Part shown: positions 40,601-53,700 of the stretch, one piece after another
Numbering within the stretch: the first letter of the stretch is position 1
How the letters are laid out: every line of letters starts with the position of its first letter
Assembly: GCA_001642005.1 (NCBI GenBank)
Contig: LWCA01000039.1
Location: forward strand, 1-64,000
Direction of reading: 5' to 3'
Length of the DNA: 64,000 nt
Source of the DNA: Intoshia linei
Lineage: Eukaryota; Animalia; Orthonectida
Made by a program: the position numbers and the translations under genes
Notes under the pieces: generated by a model
Databases searched by the model: none
What the model was told of the DNA's origin: nothing
The model's input: only the letters and a program-made list of their open reading frames with translations

Positions 40601-43600
40601 AATTGAAATAAATAAAATTTGATAAGTGTCTGAGTCGGTCAGTAAGGTACTCAGTACTGTATAGTATTTTTCAAATGTTTTAGTTAAATTATAATTATAC
40701 ATAAGAGACAAGCTAATGTACAACAAATGTATATATATTTCCATTTAAATCAGAGTTCCAAACCAGGGGACTAAAAATTTGGACATGGTATTTTTTCAAA
40801 AATGAAAACAATAAATTTATTACATTTTATATTTTTAATATATGAAACTTGAGATATATTGTATGTGTGGTTGAATTATTTTATATTAATTGAAGGACCG
40901 CAGAGCTAAAAAGGTGGGGAAACCCTTGGGTGATGATTTAAACAATTATTTATAATATATATAAAAAACCTCCATCATTTTAAAAAAATAATTTTCTTTT
41001 TCATCTTCCCGTACTAAAAAAATCAAAAATCATTATTTAAATGTGCATTCTCACAATTATAATCAACAATTTTTGCTGAAACATGCTCAGGGGTAACATC
41101 TTTTGGTATTATGATACTTTCACAAGTTTTTGGTACCTAAATTAGAATATTTTAAACCTTTATAGTAACAATTTTATGCTTCTGTAATCTTAATCCCGTA
41201 AATAATGAGCCCAAAATATCAGAACCCACCGTTCATAAGTTTTAGTTAAATTTATAAATAAATTTTTTTGAATGAAACGAAGATTATGTAAAATACTTGG
41301 ACTTGAAAAATTTATGGGTTTTTAGCTGTTAAATTTTTCTTTACAAAGTGAATTTTGGCTGGTATGGACAAAATTCAAAAGTTAAAAATTATGATATAAA
41401 CTCAATTACATATACAAATTTATAGTAGAATAATCAACGTCCCAAATTTCGCATTATCATTCAAATGGGGCGCCAGAAATAAAAAAAGTACCCGATATTT
41501 TTTTTAAATTAATTTTAAATTTAAAAAATAACCGTTTCAATAAAAACTTCGTTGATGAGAGACAAAATAATAGAGGTTTTGCCGACTCCACCTAAGTATA
41601 TTGTTAAAACATGGAAATAATAATTCATTGATCAATTAATGAATCAAGATACCGATAGAACCGAATAAAATTCAAAATCAGATCCGATAGAACACTACCA
41701 AGGCCCTCCACATAGGATTTTCATCTGAGTATATAGTTATAAAATTTAAAAATATATTTTTAAGGTTTTTCTTGCCACAAATTATCATTTCAATTTTCAT
41801 TCTCATCATAGTACAGTCAAAATCTCATTTAACGAAAATATTAGAAATGTAACTGTATTAGAAATATGCTGCTGCACACATGACTTAAATTTATCACAAT
41901 TATATTTAATATAAACAAATAATTTAATTTTTTATTATACAAAAAGATTCCACATTTCGTGGAATCGTGAACCACGACTTTATAAAAGAGTCGATCTAAT
42001 ATTTAAAACTATAAAACCATAACAATATTTAAAAAAACTCCTAAAAACTACTAAAAAATAAAATAATATTGCATTTACGCGTTCGTTAAATGAGATTTTA
42101 ACTGTATCAGTAAGTTACATACAAGTAGACCAGAATGAAATTAAACAACAAACGGAGAAACGAATAAGTAAATGATAAATAAATAATATTAATTAATAAA
42201 TGGGAAACTTATTAATATTCGTTAAACGGTAGTGGGAAAATTAACACACATAATGGCATTACACAAAAAAAAATATAGTTTAATGGACCACCACTCATTC
42301 TTAACTTGGAGTAATGAAGCAAAGAGAAGAGTAGAGAATGATACAAATATAGTCTTAGATCATGGGTTCTTAACCTTTTTCCACTTGTATTATATTTGTA
42401 TTATATACTTGGATTTGTCTAGTTCCATCTTCTATTCAAAAGACCCAAAATTAAGTTATTTGACATGAGTAACAAACAAAATTATTATAAATATACTAAT
42501 GTGTTCTTTGTTGTTCTTTATTTTCAATTATTTCTAAAAACCGAGGAATTTTGTTACTTTGCAATGCAATTCTTAGGTCGTGAGATGCATTAAGTCGGTT
42601 TCTATATTTGTTTTTGAGATATAGTAAACTATAAAATCCTTTTTCACACAAATATGTAGTGGAAAATGGAATAAGGACATTTAATGCCTTGGTAGATAGA
42701 TTAGGATAAGTGGACAATTGTGAACTCCAAAATAATTGCAAACATTGGTCATCGAATTTCATTTTAATCAAAGAATTATTCCTTAAATCAATTCAATCTT
42801 CCATCAATGTATCATCTGTCAAATGATTTAATTTAAATAAAAATGGATCGCGTATCCAAAAATCGCAAGTTTTTAAATTTCCTCCAGGCAAAAAATTCTC
42901 AAATGAAATAGATAATGAGCTTAAGTGTGTTAAAACTGCCAATTTCACGATTTTATTGAAAAGTTTCGATTCTTTCATTGTTTCATCTAAGCTAGAAAAC
43001 CTAGATACGTTTTCATGTCTAATATTGTCTTCCCACAATGATATTTTATCTTTAAATGCATTTAGCTTTTCATACGCCAATATTACGTTCATATTTTTAC
43101 CTTCAAAAAAAATATTTGCATCGTTCAATTTGCAAAAAATATTAGTTAAATATGCTACATGACATAATACTTAAATAAATATGCCCATTATATTATATTA
43201 CATATGAAATACAAATGAAATTAACTTTATTTTCGAATATTCATGCAATTTCAAAAAATATAGCTGCAGAATGATTTTCTTTCAAAAATATTTCTAGCAC
43301 CCCCGGTTAAGAACCCATGTCTTAGATATTGATGTTGATGAATATTTATTTGAACGCGAATTTAACGGGAAATTAGAAAATATGGCAATCATATTACTAC
43401 TTTTTGTAGAGAAAAAACAGTATTTTTATGACTTTCAGTGGGACTTCCATTGAGGGATTTATAAATTTATAAAAATTATAAAATTCTGTTTTTATAAATT
43501 TCAATGCAAAAAATTGTGGCTAAAAAAACTCAACCACAAAATATAACGCTTGGGGTGGCAAGTGTGTTATTTCTGGAAAAGGTTGATAAAAAACGATTTC

Positions 43601-43660
43601 AAATAAAAAAATACCGTCTCCAAGCAATAATATGTTTATCTCCGTTTTATCACAAATCAT
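34635..43660 (-). CDS. RHOT: Mitochondrial Rho GTPase (Miro), about 19-20 exons
   Basis: Exon 1 43660-43615 MICDKTEINILLLGD, then GGVGKTSIILSL (~41590), IPKDVTPE, ADVICVV, YWLPLI..ILVANKMD..EIETCIE, TSAKMLENISEMFWCAQKSALHP, EF-hand ADFDENLLLDEDE, GFIFLF..RGLQETVWYILRK, and TAVNSV..EKFLI (36546-36417). Last exon 34719-34635 NASKYALITSIILFMGYIKLNHSKFQK* is a tail anchor. Penultimate exon choice is uncertain. Confidence 0.9.
36825..37355. repeat. ~38-40 bp minisatellite (GAACCAAACTTTCAAGGGGTTTTTAAGATTTTTTTT-like, ~12 copies) with an inverted terminal piece
   Basis: Tandem units visible at 36830-37305. 37307-37355 is the reverse complement of ~36900-36950. Confidence 0.85.
40051..40472. mobile_element. 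hAT (Charlie/Buster-type) MITE in a Miro intron
   Basis: TIRs CAGGCATTCTCAAC / GTTGAGAATTTCTG. Perfect 8-bp TSD ATCTACAA at 40043-40050 and 40473-40480. Confidence 0.9.
41814..42104. mobile_element. pogo/Tigger-type MITE
   Basis: TA|CAGTCAAAATCTCATTTAACGAA ... TTCGTTAAATGAGATTTTAACTG|TA (22/23 TIR match, TA TSD). Confidence 0.85.
42361..43319 (-). mobile_element. Internally deleted hAT/Buster transposon with transposase C-terminal remnant
   Basis: Perfect 15-bp TIRs CATGGGTTCTTAACC / GGTTAAGAACCCATG and 8-bp TSD TCTTAGAT. ORFs 42496-43128 include FW..YPNLSTKALNVLIPFSTTYLCEKGF..KNKYRNRL..DLRIAL (hAT dimerisation domain). Confidence 0.95.
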
Positions 43661-43744
43661 TTCATTTTTAAAACAAAAAGTTTATTTGAGATTATGACAA
43701 CATATTCAATTTGAAATAGAATTTATTATTTAAAGATTGAAACC
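43661..43744. promoter_or_regulatory. Putative bidirectional promoter between Miro and NAA50
   Basis: 84 bp separate the divergent ATGs at 43660 (-) and 43745 (+). Promoter function is inferred from geometry only. Confidence 0.55.
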
Positions 43745-45750
43745 ATGAGTTGGTATTTTATCTTAAACTGTACATTTAAATTATAAATCTAGTTTGACAC
43801 AAGATACTCATTTAGAAAAATATACTTATCATGCAAAATTTATCGAATTGGGATTAATAACAGAACACAATATTAACCAAATCAAACTTATAAATCAGAC
43901 AATTTTCCCCATTAAATATGGTGAATCTTTTTACAAAAAATGTACAATATCTAGCGATCTTTGTAAATGTGGTAATTTTATAAATTATTATGTAGTACCA
44001 ATAGGTTTAATTCAGGGGTCTTCAACGGATGTTTGAGGTTTTGTGTGCGATATAATAAACCATTCAAATATTTTTATTTTTAAGTCACGCTATTTTATTC
44101 AGTCATATTATTCAATTATGTACATTTTATATATATGTAGAAGTTTCAATATGTTTTGATATATTTGTATCGAAATACTATTTAAAAATACGGGTCTGCA
44201 GGATAAGAATTTACCATAACCATACATAACATTACAAACATACCAGAAATAATTCAAAATTTTAATTTATATTATTAATTACATCAATATTGTGCTGAAA
44301 AAGTTAAAAAATTGTTTTATATATTATACCATGAAGCGCTTTTTAAAATAATGAAATTTGCGAAAAATGAGTAACAGATCTGCTTGACTTATGATAATTT
44401 CGAAAACTTTATGCCTAAAAATTACTATCTATAGTTTTGATTATAGAAATAAATACTTTATACCCGCCATTAAATATCAATAGAGTTTAAAAAATAAAAT
44501 TGTCAACCGGTGAAAATAGTGCTTATCTGGCGTACGATTTTAAAAGATTAATTCAACCCCAATATGTAAAGATACAGCCTCGTATATTCGTATTGATTGA
44601 GTGTGTAATGATTTCATTATTGGATGCATATCTTTCAACTGATATGGGGTTTACATTGAAGATTATTATATCAGTGTTGACTTAAAATAGGTGAAGACCG
44701 TAGGTTAATTGAATGATTAATCAATATTTTTGTTTATAATTATAATTATAATTATTTAGCCTTTTATAAAGGATTAATTGTCGGCAATGTTTGCTGTAAA
44801 ATCATATCTGTCGGTGGTATTTCTTGTTTGTACATCATGACCTTGGGATGTCTTCCCTCTTATCGGTGTGTTGGAATAGGTATTTTTTAATGTTAATGTA
44901 GACTAGTATTTCTCAAATTTTGAGATTTTTTTCCATTTGTAAATGAAATCATAATTTGACTTTTGAATTGATTTATTATAAGATTTTAGGTGGTTAATTA
45001 GCAAATTTAGTTATTTTAATTGGAAAAAACATTTATCAAAATTATAATGCTAATTTTTAAATTAGCTAAAATGTCATATAAGGTGGGTTATTTGGGAAAC
45101 AAAGCGTAAATGATTATTTTTCTCGTGGTGTTATGAAATTGTTAATGTGTCGTCAACGAGAATAGGTTGAGAAGCACTGATCTAAAAATTCAATCTAAAA
45201 GTAGTCAGATCTCACGATAAAGATATGACCAAGTCCTTGCAATTGTAGTGAACTTTTTGAAGTGAAACCCTAAAAATTTTAAATTTTTTAAAAAAAGACA
45301 AAACATTTAAAAATTATTGAAAATATGGGGCGAGCAGAGAAAATTTTAAAAGACCCACAGGTTAAGAATGGATGTCGATTTCGTTATTATTCAAATTTTA
45401 CATATTTGCTAGGACCCTTCATTTGGTCAATGAAACAAATGACCCACTTTTCGAAATGTTGGTATAAATCATTATATATGTATTTTAGGATCAAAAATGT
45501 TGGAATATGTACATCAATTGGCTAAAGATAAAAATATACGACTGATTCAATTGTAATTTTTAGTATTTAATTCTACTGAAATAATCAAATTGACTAAACT
45601 ATTTTAAACTTTAGACATGTTCACACTGTGAATAATGACGCTGTGCAATTTTACAAGAAACGAAATTACACCATATCGGCTACCGTTGAAAACTACTATT
45701 GTTTACTAGAGCCAAAATCTGCTTTTATATTGGAAAAAATGTTGGATTAA
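43745..45750 (+). CDS. NAA50: N-alpha-acetyltransferase 50-like (NatE catalytic subunit), 5 exons, 168 aa
   Basis: Exons 43745-43752, 43793-43971, 44760-44879, 45489-45552, 45615-45750 (507 nt). IELGLITEHNINQIKLINQTIFPIKY, LYIMTLGCLPSYRCVGIG, LHVHTVNNDAVQFYKK, ENYY..LEP. Confidence 0.92.
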
Positions 45751-47163
45751 TAAAATTGTACCATGTACATTTTTATATTAAATAATTACCCACATTCTAA
45801 ATTACTTGAGTGGTATCTAAACTTGTGTTTGCCATACCCTTATATAATAATATATAGGATATATACAAATAAATAGGTAGTATATTTGCGTTCTTAAATT
45901 TTTCGATTTAATATGAAATGTCCCTTATATATGAAGAAATATGTTTGAAACTACACTAATTAATACAAATACAAACAGTACAAATCCTATTTAACATGTA
46001 AGTTTAATGATTACATTTGAATGAATTTATGAATATTAAAATTAGGAAATTGTCAAGACTATTTAAATTAGAGGTGTCCATTTAATTTTACTCAGTATTA
46101 CTTATTTTTACACAGATTGTAATAAAATTGTCAACTTTTACACTAATAATTAAAACTGCTCAAAATAACAATATTTTCTAATTTTTTATCATTTACTTGA
46201 GCATATATTTTTTTCCATTATGTATTGAAGTTTAAATTATTATATACGTAATTTAATAATTTCCAATGTAATTGAAATTTCTGAGTTAAGACTATTAACT
46301 AATACCTTTAAATGTATATAAATCAGTTATGATTCCGAGAATAGATTTTCTGGTGTTTACACCTTATTTATTTTGTAATATTGGTTGGTTCTGCAGTATT
46401 TTATTCTTAACTGGGGTTGGTAGGGACCAATTTTATCTTTTAAATTTATGCATATATTTCATTTTAACTGCTTTATAATAATCTATTCATTTCCATGTTA
46501 AATTAATTATATCTGACATTTATTCCAGTATATTTTGAGTTGATTAGTTAGTCAGGTGGTTCCCAAACTTTATCCACCATGGACATTGTCACAAAAAAAT
46601 GTGTGGACCACATAATTTTTAAAAAAATCCCTTTAATCCTGAACACGTCATTAAGGTAATATTTACATTTTATATTATTATATTATATATTATTTATATT
46701 TTTTCTTAAATCGAAAATTTAACATTAGTTTCAAACATAATTATGGTGAACTACCATATCCGAGACCCTTCTACCGCTGGATCTCAACGAAATTTTTTTA
46801 GGATGAGGCTTTAATTTACTAAATTAAGAATTAAAATTTTTACCGATCTCTAGGTATACAAAAACCACATTACACCATTGAATGCATTATTAATGATGTA
46901 TTTTATCATTCATTTGAATTACAATTTTTAGTGTCAGTAACGCAGTGTTCGGCAGACTTTTTTTCAGTGCCCTTAAAAATGTACATAATCTATAATTATT
47001 TAGGATCAATCTTAAAATTTTTATTAGAAAATCGAAAATGTTTAATATTTGACTTACTTTGTACTTAGATGTCAAATAAAATTCGGATACAATTTAAGAA
47101 TAAAATTAAGGTTAACACTTAATTTATAGATTATATTATAATGTAATTAGTAAATGACATCTT

Positions 47164-50100
47164 TCAAGCTTTAGTAACTTGAAAATAAAACGGAGAAGTT
47201 GTGATTCCAATATCATTTTTACCCATTGCTATTTTCGCGTATCCATTAGCTCCCCAATGTGTAGACCAAGAATTTTTTAAAATCCAAAAAGGAATATCAT
47301 TTTCATGTCCATAACCGACAAGTAAAACACTGTGATCCAAATCACTTGGAGACGTTTTACAAGCCGTAGTATTAAGAATACCAGTTGTATATAAACCAAA
47401 CTCATCACAACTAGCATCGATGCTTATAGTGATTGGGCCATATTTAAGTAAAGCCAGTTTTAATGCAGTGTCATTCCTTTGAGAAATATATCCGCAATTT
47501 ACAATTTTTACGGCTTTATTTGAATTTTTACACTTTGCATCAACTCCAATGTATCTTCCATATTGTATATCTGTTGACAGTCCTCCATTTTCTTTCATGT
47601 AGGAACATGCATAATTTTCTAAGCCTCCGTGGCAACCATTGTTTCCCTTATCCCATGAACAATCCACTAAAATATACTACATGTATTACATTTTTAATTA
47701 CAATTATAATTGTTGTTGAAAAATCATAAACAACCTTTCTACAACAACGTCTGAACCCTCATTTCATGGAACCATTTACAGTATCTTAGATAGTTAATTA
47801 TCTTTACATTTTTTAACGCATCGACCGCGTAGTAATGCGTTTTACTAAATTGTTCCAAAAAAAGTTAAAATTGGATTTTTTAAAAATTTAAATTTTCTAA
47901 TCCATATTAAAATTCTGTAATTATGCACCAAAAATATATTCGAAATTCAAATACAACGTAGTTAAATATTTGTATTTTATGTTTAAGGTTTATGTTTATG
48001 TTATGTTTAATATTTGTTGGTGAAAAATAATTTTTAATATATTATCAACCAATATTTCGATTAAAATCAAAAATGGAAATGTGATATTGAAATATCACTT
48101 AAACCTGAGCCTTAAGTTGAATTTGAAAACTCGAATTCTCAAGGGGAAAATAACACAGTTGGCAACCCTGATTAATTATCAAAATTTTTAAGTAGAATTA
48201 TATGAAGTTATTATCTACAGTAATACATTTTTGTAGCCCTACTTTAATGGGTTCGTAGAAGTAATTTGAACCATAATAGATTTAATTTTTAATGTTAAAA
48301 TTAGATATATCCGGCTTCGGCAGAGCTAGGTGCTGTTTGTACAAAGTACAAAACAGCCAAGCTAGTTAATTATAAATTTAATTCCAATTTATTTCAATAT
48401 AACAATTTGAAAGAATGTGTATTTTAATTATAATTCGTGGAAAATTAAATTTATTAGAAATTTAGCATCTTAAAATGTTATTCATCAAATTTAATATGTA
48501 TGAGATTGTTTTACGCTGATTTAATAATTCAATTAAAAAAATTTTTTTAGGATCTATTTTTAATTAAAAATCTAAAAAATTAATCTCTAATCTTATAACA
48601 TAACAAAATTATAACATTCTCATGAAAATATTTAAAAAAAGTACTAAAAATTTAGGGTGATAAAGTTTTAAAATTACAAAATAAATAAAAAGTGTTTGTA
48701 TAAAACTTCAAATTTAAGTTAAATTCAGCAAAATATAAATGTTTCCATGATAAAATTTAAAATTATTGAGTTATTATTATATGAGTTGTTAATAACTTAT
48801 TAATTGTGACATTTTTGGAGTGGCAAATTTAAATGTATACTCATTGAATTTATGAAATTGGAATCGTTGTTATAGAACTGATCCATGGAGTAATTTTCTG
48901 GCAACTCTGAGCAGCGTATTCGTTCAAAAGATCGTAAATCAAATGATCGTAGATTATCATTAATAGTGCGTCACACAATTTCACACGTTAAAACTATTAA
49001 AATTGGGCATTGCGTAGCAAACAAGTTATAATGTAAATTTGGTCTATTTAATAATTATAAATCATAAACCCAGGGATCCATATGAAACACTTTGCTGTCC
49101 TGATCTAACTAAAAATTTAACAAAATTTTTTCTTGTTTATTCTTTTACTGTTTTTTAAATTAAATCTCATTGTGCAACTAAATTGCTAATTAGTAAAATT
49201 GATAAAATATACAACAATTCCGCGAAACGCCACCCAGGTGACTTGTAAATCGGAATAGAAAATTGTAAATTAAATTGATTACCCAATTCTTGCTCCGACA
49301 GTATTATTCGTTGAGTCTGATTCAGAAAGTAGGACCCTTCCATTGCACCAGTCGTACCAAAGCTCCAACAAGAACCGCAAATGGATTGATCTTTAATAGG
49401 ACTTACAGCATCATAGCTACGCCAATCAAATTGTTCGAGATTTAGAATTTCCTCAATTTCTTCACGAGAACACATTCTTATTAAATAAGGATTCAAACTA
49501 TTGTATGAAATGTCTGTAAGATGTACATTTCCAGTGCTAGAGTCATATAGTGACTTAAAAACATGATTTGGTGTATGCAATCGACAGCCTTTTCTAGAAT
49601 GATTGGATTCGTTTAATAAATTTTCACATTCCTTTTTAACACTATCAAATATCTTCATACTCAACGTATCAACTTTATAGAAAGAAGTGTAAACGTATTG
49701 GTAAAAATCATAATGACTATTTTCCAAAATGTTCCGACCTTGCATTTCTAACGCTTTAATTAAATAGTCTTTAGATTTCAATTTTTTCATGTATAATGTG
49801 TATGTGTTGTTACGTCCCATTTCATTTTTTATATAAACAAATTTTTCCACATTACCGTATAGTGGATGCGATAAAATCTTTTCTAATGTAAATAATTTTA
49901 AATTTGGAACTGTAGTGTATATTATTACCGATCCTTCTTTGAAACACCTTTTTCTATCTTTACCCATTACAATACTCATGGATTTCCCATTATAATATAA
50001 TTTTTGAATCAACCCATCATAAAAACTGACCAAACTGTAATCGTTTCCAATATGGTATTCTTTAAACCTTTGAATTATTTCGGCTCCAGGTATTGAAATG

Positions 50101-50255
50101 TAACCACTTGTAACAAATGTATACTTTTTGTTTGATATTCCGTATGAGAAAAAGGGTCTACTGGGATGTTTGTTAGATATCCATGTGTCCTTGTATACAA
50201 AACATTGAATGTATTGTAATGTACCAATTATTAATAACAATTTTACCGATATCAT
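47164..50255 (-). CDS. Papain-family (C1A) cathepsin L-like cysteine protease, 26/29-kDa proteinase type, 2 exons, 491 aa
   Basis: Exons 50255-49283 and 47666-47164. Signal-like MISVKLLLIIGTLQYIQC; N-domain GYISIPGAEI and EMQGRNILENSHYDFY; catalytic motifs DQSICGSCWSF, LDHSVLLVGYG and KNSWSTHWG. Confidence 0.93.
48290..48365 (+). mobile_element. Helitron-like 3' terminus in the cathepsin intron
   Basis: GCTGTTTGTAC-AAA-GTACAAAACAGC hairpin followed by CAAG-CTAG|T. Confidence 0.6.
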
Positions 50256-50732
50256 TTCGTTAAAATGTTTTAATGGAAAAGATGAAACGATTCCTTGATC
50301 AATATTGATATTATGAATGTAATTACACAGATGTGTTCTGCATATTTTAGAAACCTGGAATACAACATACACTTTATGTAAGTACACTGTGGCCGTTGCA
50401 TGTGATCATAATGTAATATATCAATTTACTTCAAATGTAAATATTTACATCATATTTTATTCAAGGGAAATTTAAAATAATTTTAATCAAAGTTACATTT
50501 TTGACCTTGCCCCAGTTTCCCAAATTGAATTTAATCTTTCGAATTGTCAAAATTTCAAGTTTTTCATAAGATACAAAATTTACATTATTATTTGTGTGTA
50601 ATTAAAGCATGTTGAAATGTTGGCATCTTTATTGTGCAATGAAATTACGAAAATACAAAATTAATAAAAACACCCATTAACCATCATAAAAAATATACTT
50701 ACACAGATACCTTTGAATAATATAAAAATGTT

Positions 50733-53700
50733 TTATTTACGTTGAAGTAGTTTACTATACAATCGTTTAATCCTAATTTCCAGCATCTCCAAACCTTCCT
50801 TACATGACGTATATTCATTCTTTAAAGACCTGCTCTGTTTGGTATTTTTTTCAACTTGATAAAAAGGACCATCCCCAGAATCGTCACCAAACTTATCGCA
50901 ATAAGCAACAAAAAAGTTGTAATAAATTTTGGCATCTTTTAATTTTTTAATTTGTTCAGACATAGTAAAATAAATACGCTTAAGCGTCACAATTCCAATA
51001 TGAAAATAGGCCAATAAATTTAGCCTCTCCTCGTCAGCCTGAAATCTTTCAAAAGTTTCAAAGTTAACATTCTGTTCCTTTACATTAGAAATACCAATAA
51101 ATTTTATAAAGTACTCTTCACATAACACGGAATAATTGTTAATTTTATTAGATAAAATGATTTGATACTTTGTCAATTTTTCTGGATCAAAATCATGGGA
51201 ATCAAACCCATCATCTTGAGCACAATTTTGAAAAATTTTAAACTTTGCAAGGGTCGAATCCGTCAAAATTTCACCCAATTCGTAATATAATTCTCTCTTC
51301 AAGTTTAAAAAATATTGAGAATTTAAAACATCAACATAATCTACATACAATTGAATTCGCCTTTGATTAAATTTACATTTGTGTATCGGATCAAATTTTA
51401 GTGCGGTAAATTTATAACATTTGCTCATCAATTGGTCCACCTCAATATAATACTGACAAAAATCATGCATTGTGTAAAATTTTTGAATCATAGTTTTTAG
51501 ATGAACACAAGAAGTAAACAACATTTTAATATCAATTAAAATCTCTTCCTTGTCATTTGATTCTAAATGTTTGTATATTTTAGCTAATGGCAGAATATTC
51601 TTAAAATTTTCAATCGATTCGTCATTCTTAAAACTTGGAAACAGGCATTCATCTAAAATGTATATATATTGTAAATAAAATGTAATCTAAACCTTTCATG
51701 TCGATGGGTATAAACTCGCACATGTACTGCATAAAGTTTGTTAGCAAGACAAGGAACCCCTTTTTAATATTTGCATTTAAAGTCTGGTATTTTTCGTCAA
51801 ATTCAGATTGGATTATAATTTCTTTGTGTTTTTCAAGTATAGAACGAGAGATACAGAGACATTCCAATGTACACGAAAAATTATCATTTGAAGAATAAAA
51901 ATTGGACAGTTGAGCACAATTTAAACTCCATTCATAATAATTAAAAGTTTTGTTGTTATTTTTATTATTCCATGAATAATTTAAATTTTTTACGCAATAT
52001 TCTGCCGATTTATCAAATTGATCGGTTCTTTCATAACAATATGCAGCAATTTCCAGTATATTAGAATATGCCAATTCAATCATATCCAATTCTGTGAAAT
52101 TTGAAATGTTCATTTGATTTTTAGGATCACATGTTTTGTTTTTTTCATTTCGATACTCATTGGCAATTTTAGATGGTTCTTCAAATAATATGTAGTTTAT
52201 TTCTGCTTCAGTGATTAAATTTTTCACGTTATTATTTTTCAAACATTCTTTATAATCTTTGTACATTTCTATCTAAAGGATAATACAAATAAAAAAAGTT
52301 TGTAGCACTGAATCAAGGTACGAATTGCTCAAAGTGAAACTTACCATTAGGTGTGTTCCATCGTTTTATATGCAAGTTATAGAACAGGAAAAGATGGCAA
52401 ATTATTCAAAAAAATTTTATCAATTTGAAATTTTTGCAGGCTGTTTAAATTTCACAAATCATACACAAACAGTTTCTAGAAAAACTAAAATATAACTATT
52501 TAACAGAATATTGATGTATTTATGATTTTCAAAAAAAAAAACAATTAGGGTTTTTGACCCGTAAGATGTGAGTTTCAGAGGTTGAAATTAAACTTGCCAA
52601 CGCCCCCGGACAAAACTGAAAATTGAAATGTAGACTTTATAAAATTCTAGGATTGGTAGTTATTTAAATAAAACTGAACACACACACACAAACAAAAATC
52701 GCGTTGCATATTGTATAAGTTAGGATTTTTCTGTTTATTCATATTCAGTTGTACACATTGCTTCATAAAATTAAAATTTTGGTTTTATCATAAATTAATA
52801 ATTAATATTAAGTTATGCATAACTTTATTCTAAAGCAGTTCAAATTAATTTTATACGTCAATGATTGACGGTCAATCTTTATCAAATTTTCAAAATAAAC
52901 TTTTTTTCATATGGTTATAGACTTATAGTCAAGAAAATATCTATTTTTATGAGAAAGGTATTATATTAACTTATTATTTAAAATCACAATCAATAAAAAC
53001 AAACGACATACAAAAAATTTAATTTTAAGAAGCAAGATGTACATTAAGGTGTTACATTTTTTTTTTAAATTTTTAGAATTTAATGGGCGGTTAGTAATCA
53101 ATGTGTGTATTTTAAGAAGCATTATGTCGCAATTAAAAATATCTAATGATACTTATCCGAGTTGCGCTCATCATTTACAAAAGAATATTTAAAATGATGA
53201 GCGCAACTCGAATCGACATCTTTGAAATACCCCATTCTAGATTATTTTATATATCATGATAATACACAATTTCCGCACTAACCGCCCTTAATTCTTTGAT
53301 GGGTGTGACACCCTGATGTACATTGTACAACTGAACATGGATAATCATAAAAATTGGCATATCATACATACAACCTCTAAAAACATCACATTAAAGTTAT
53401 ATTTGAATTTTTCTAGAAACTTTTTGTATAAGATTATTGAAATTTAAATCGTCTGCACTAAAATAAATTAAAAAACATATTTTCTTCAGTATAGCCATGA
53501 AACAATCTTACCCGTTTTGACAGTGCTTGAACTAAAAAAAGTACTAAAAATAACATTTACCATGCTCCAGATCAAAAAATCACTAAACAATAAAAATCCA
53601 CAATTTAGTAATAAAACCAACCTATAAACTATATTATAAGTAGAGCAACCCGAAAATTGCAAGAAAGCGACAAAAAAGTTTAATTGATAACGAAAAAAGT

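Noticed and set aside
41945-42000. Two small hairpins with a GTGGTTC motif resembling a tRNA
   Set aside because: No A box or cloverleaf; internal to a pogo-type MITE.
50256-50387. ORF-track start of the cathepsin at 50387 and its run-on to 49167
   Set aside because: The start is a GTG; the ATG at 50255 precedes a signal peptide, and the true exon ends at the GT donor at 49282.
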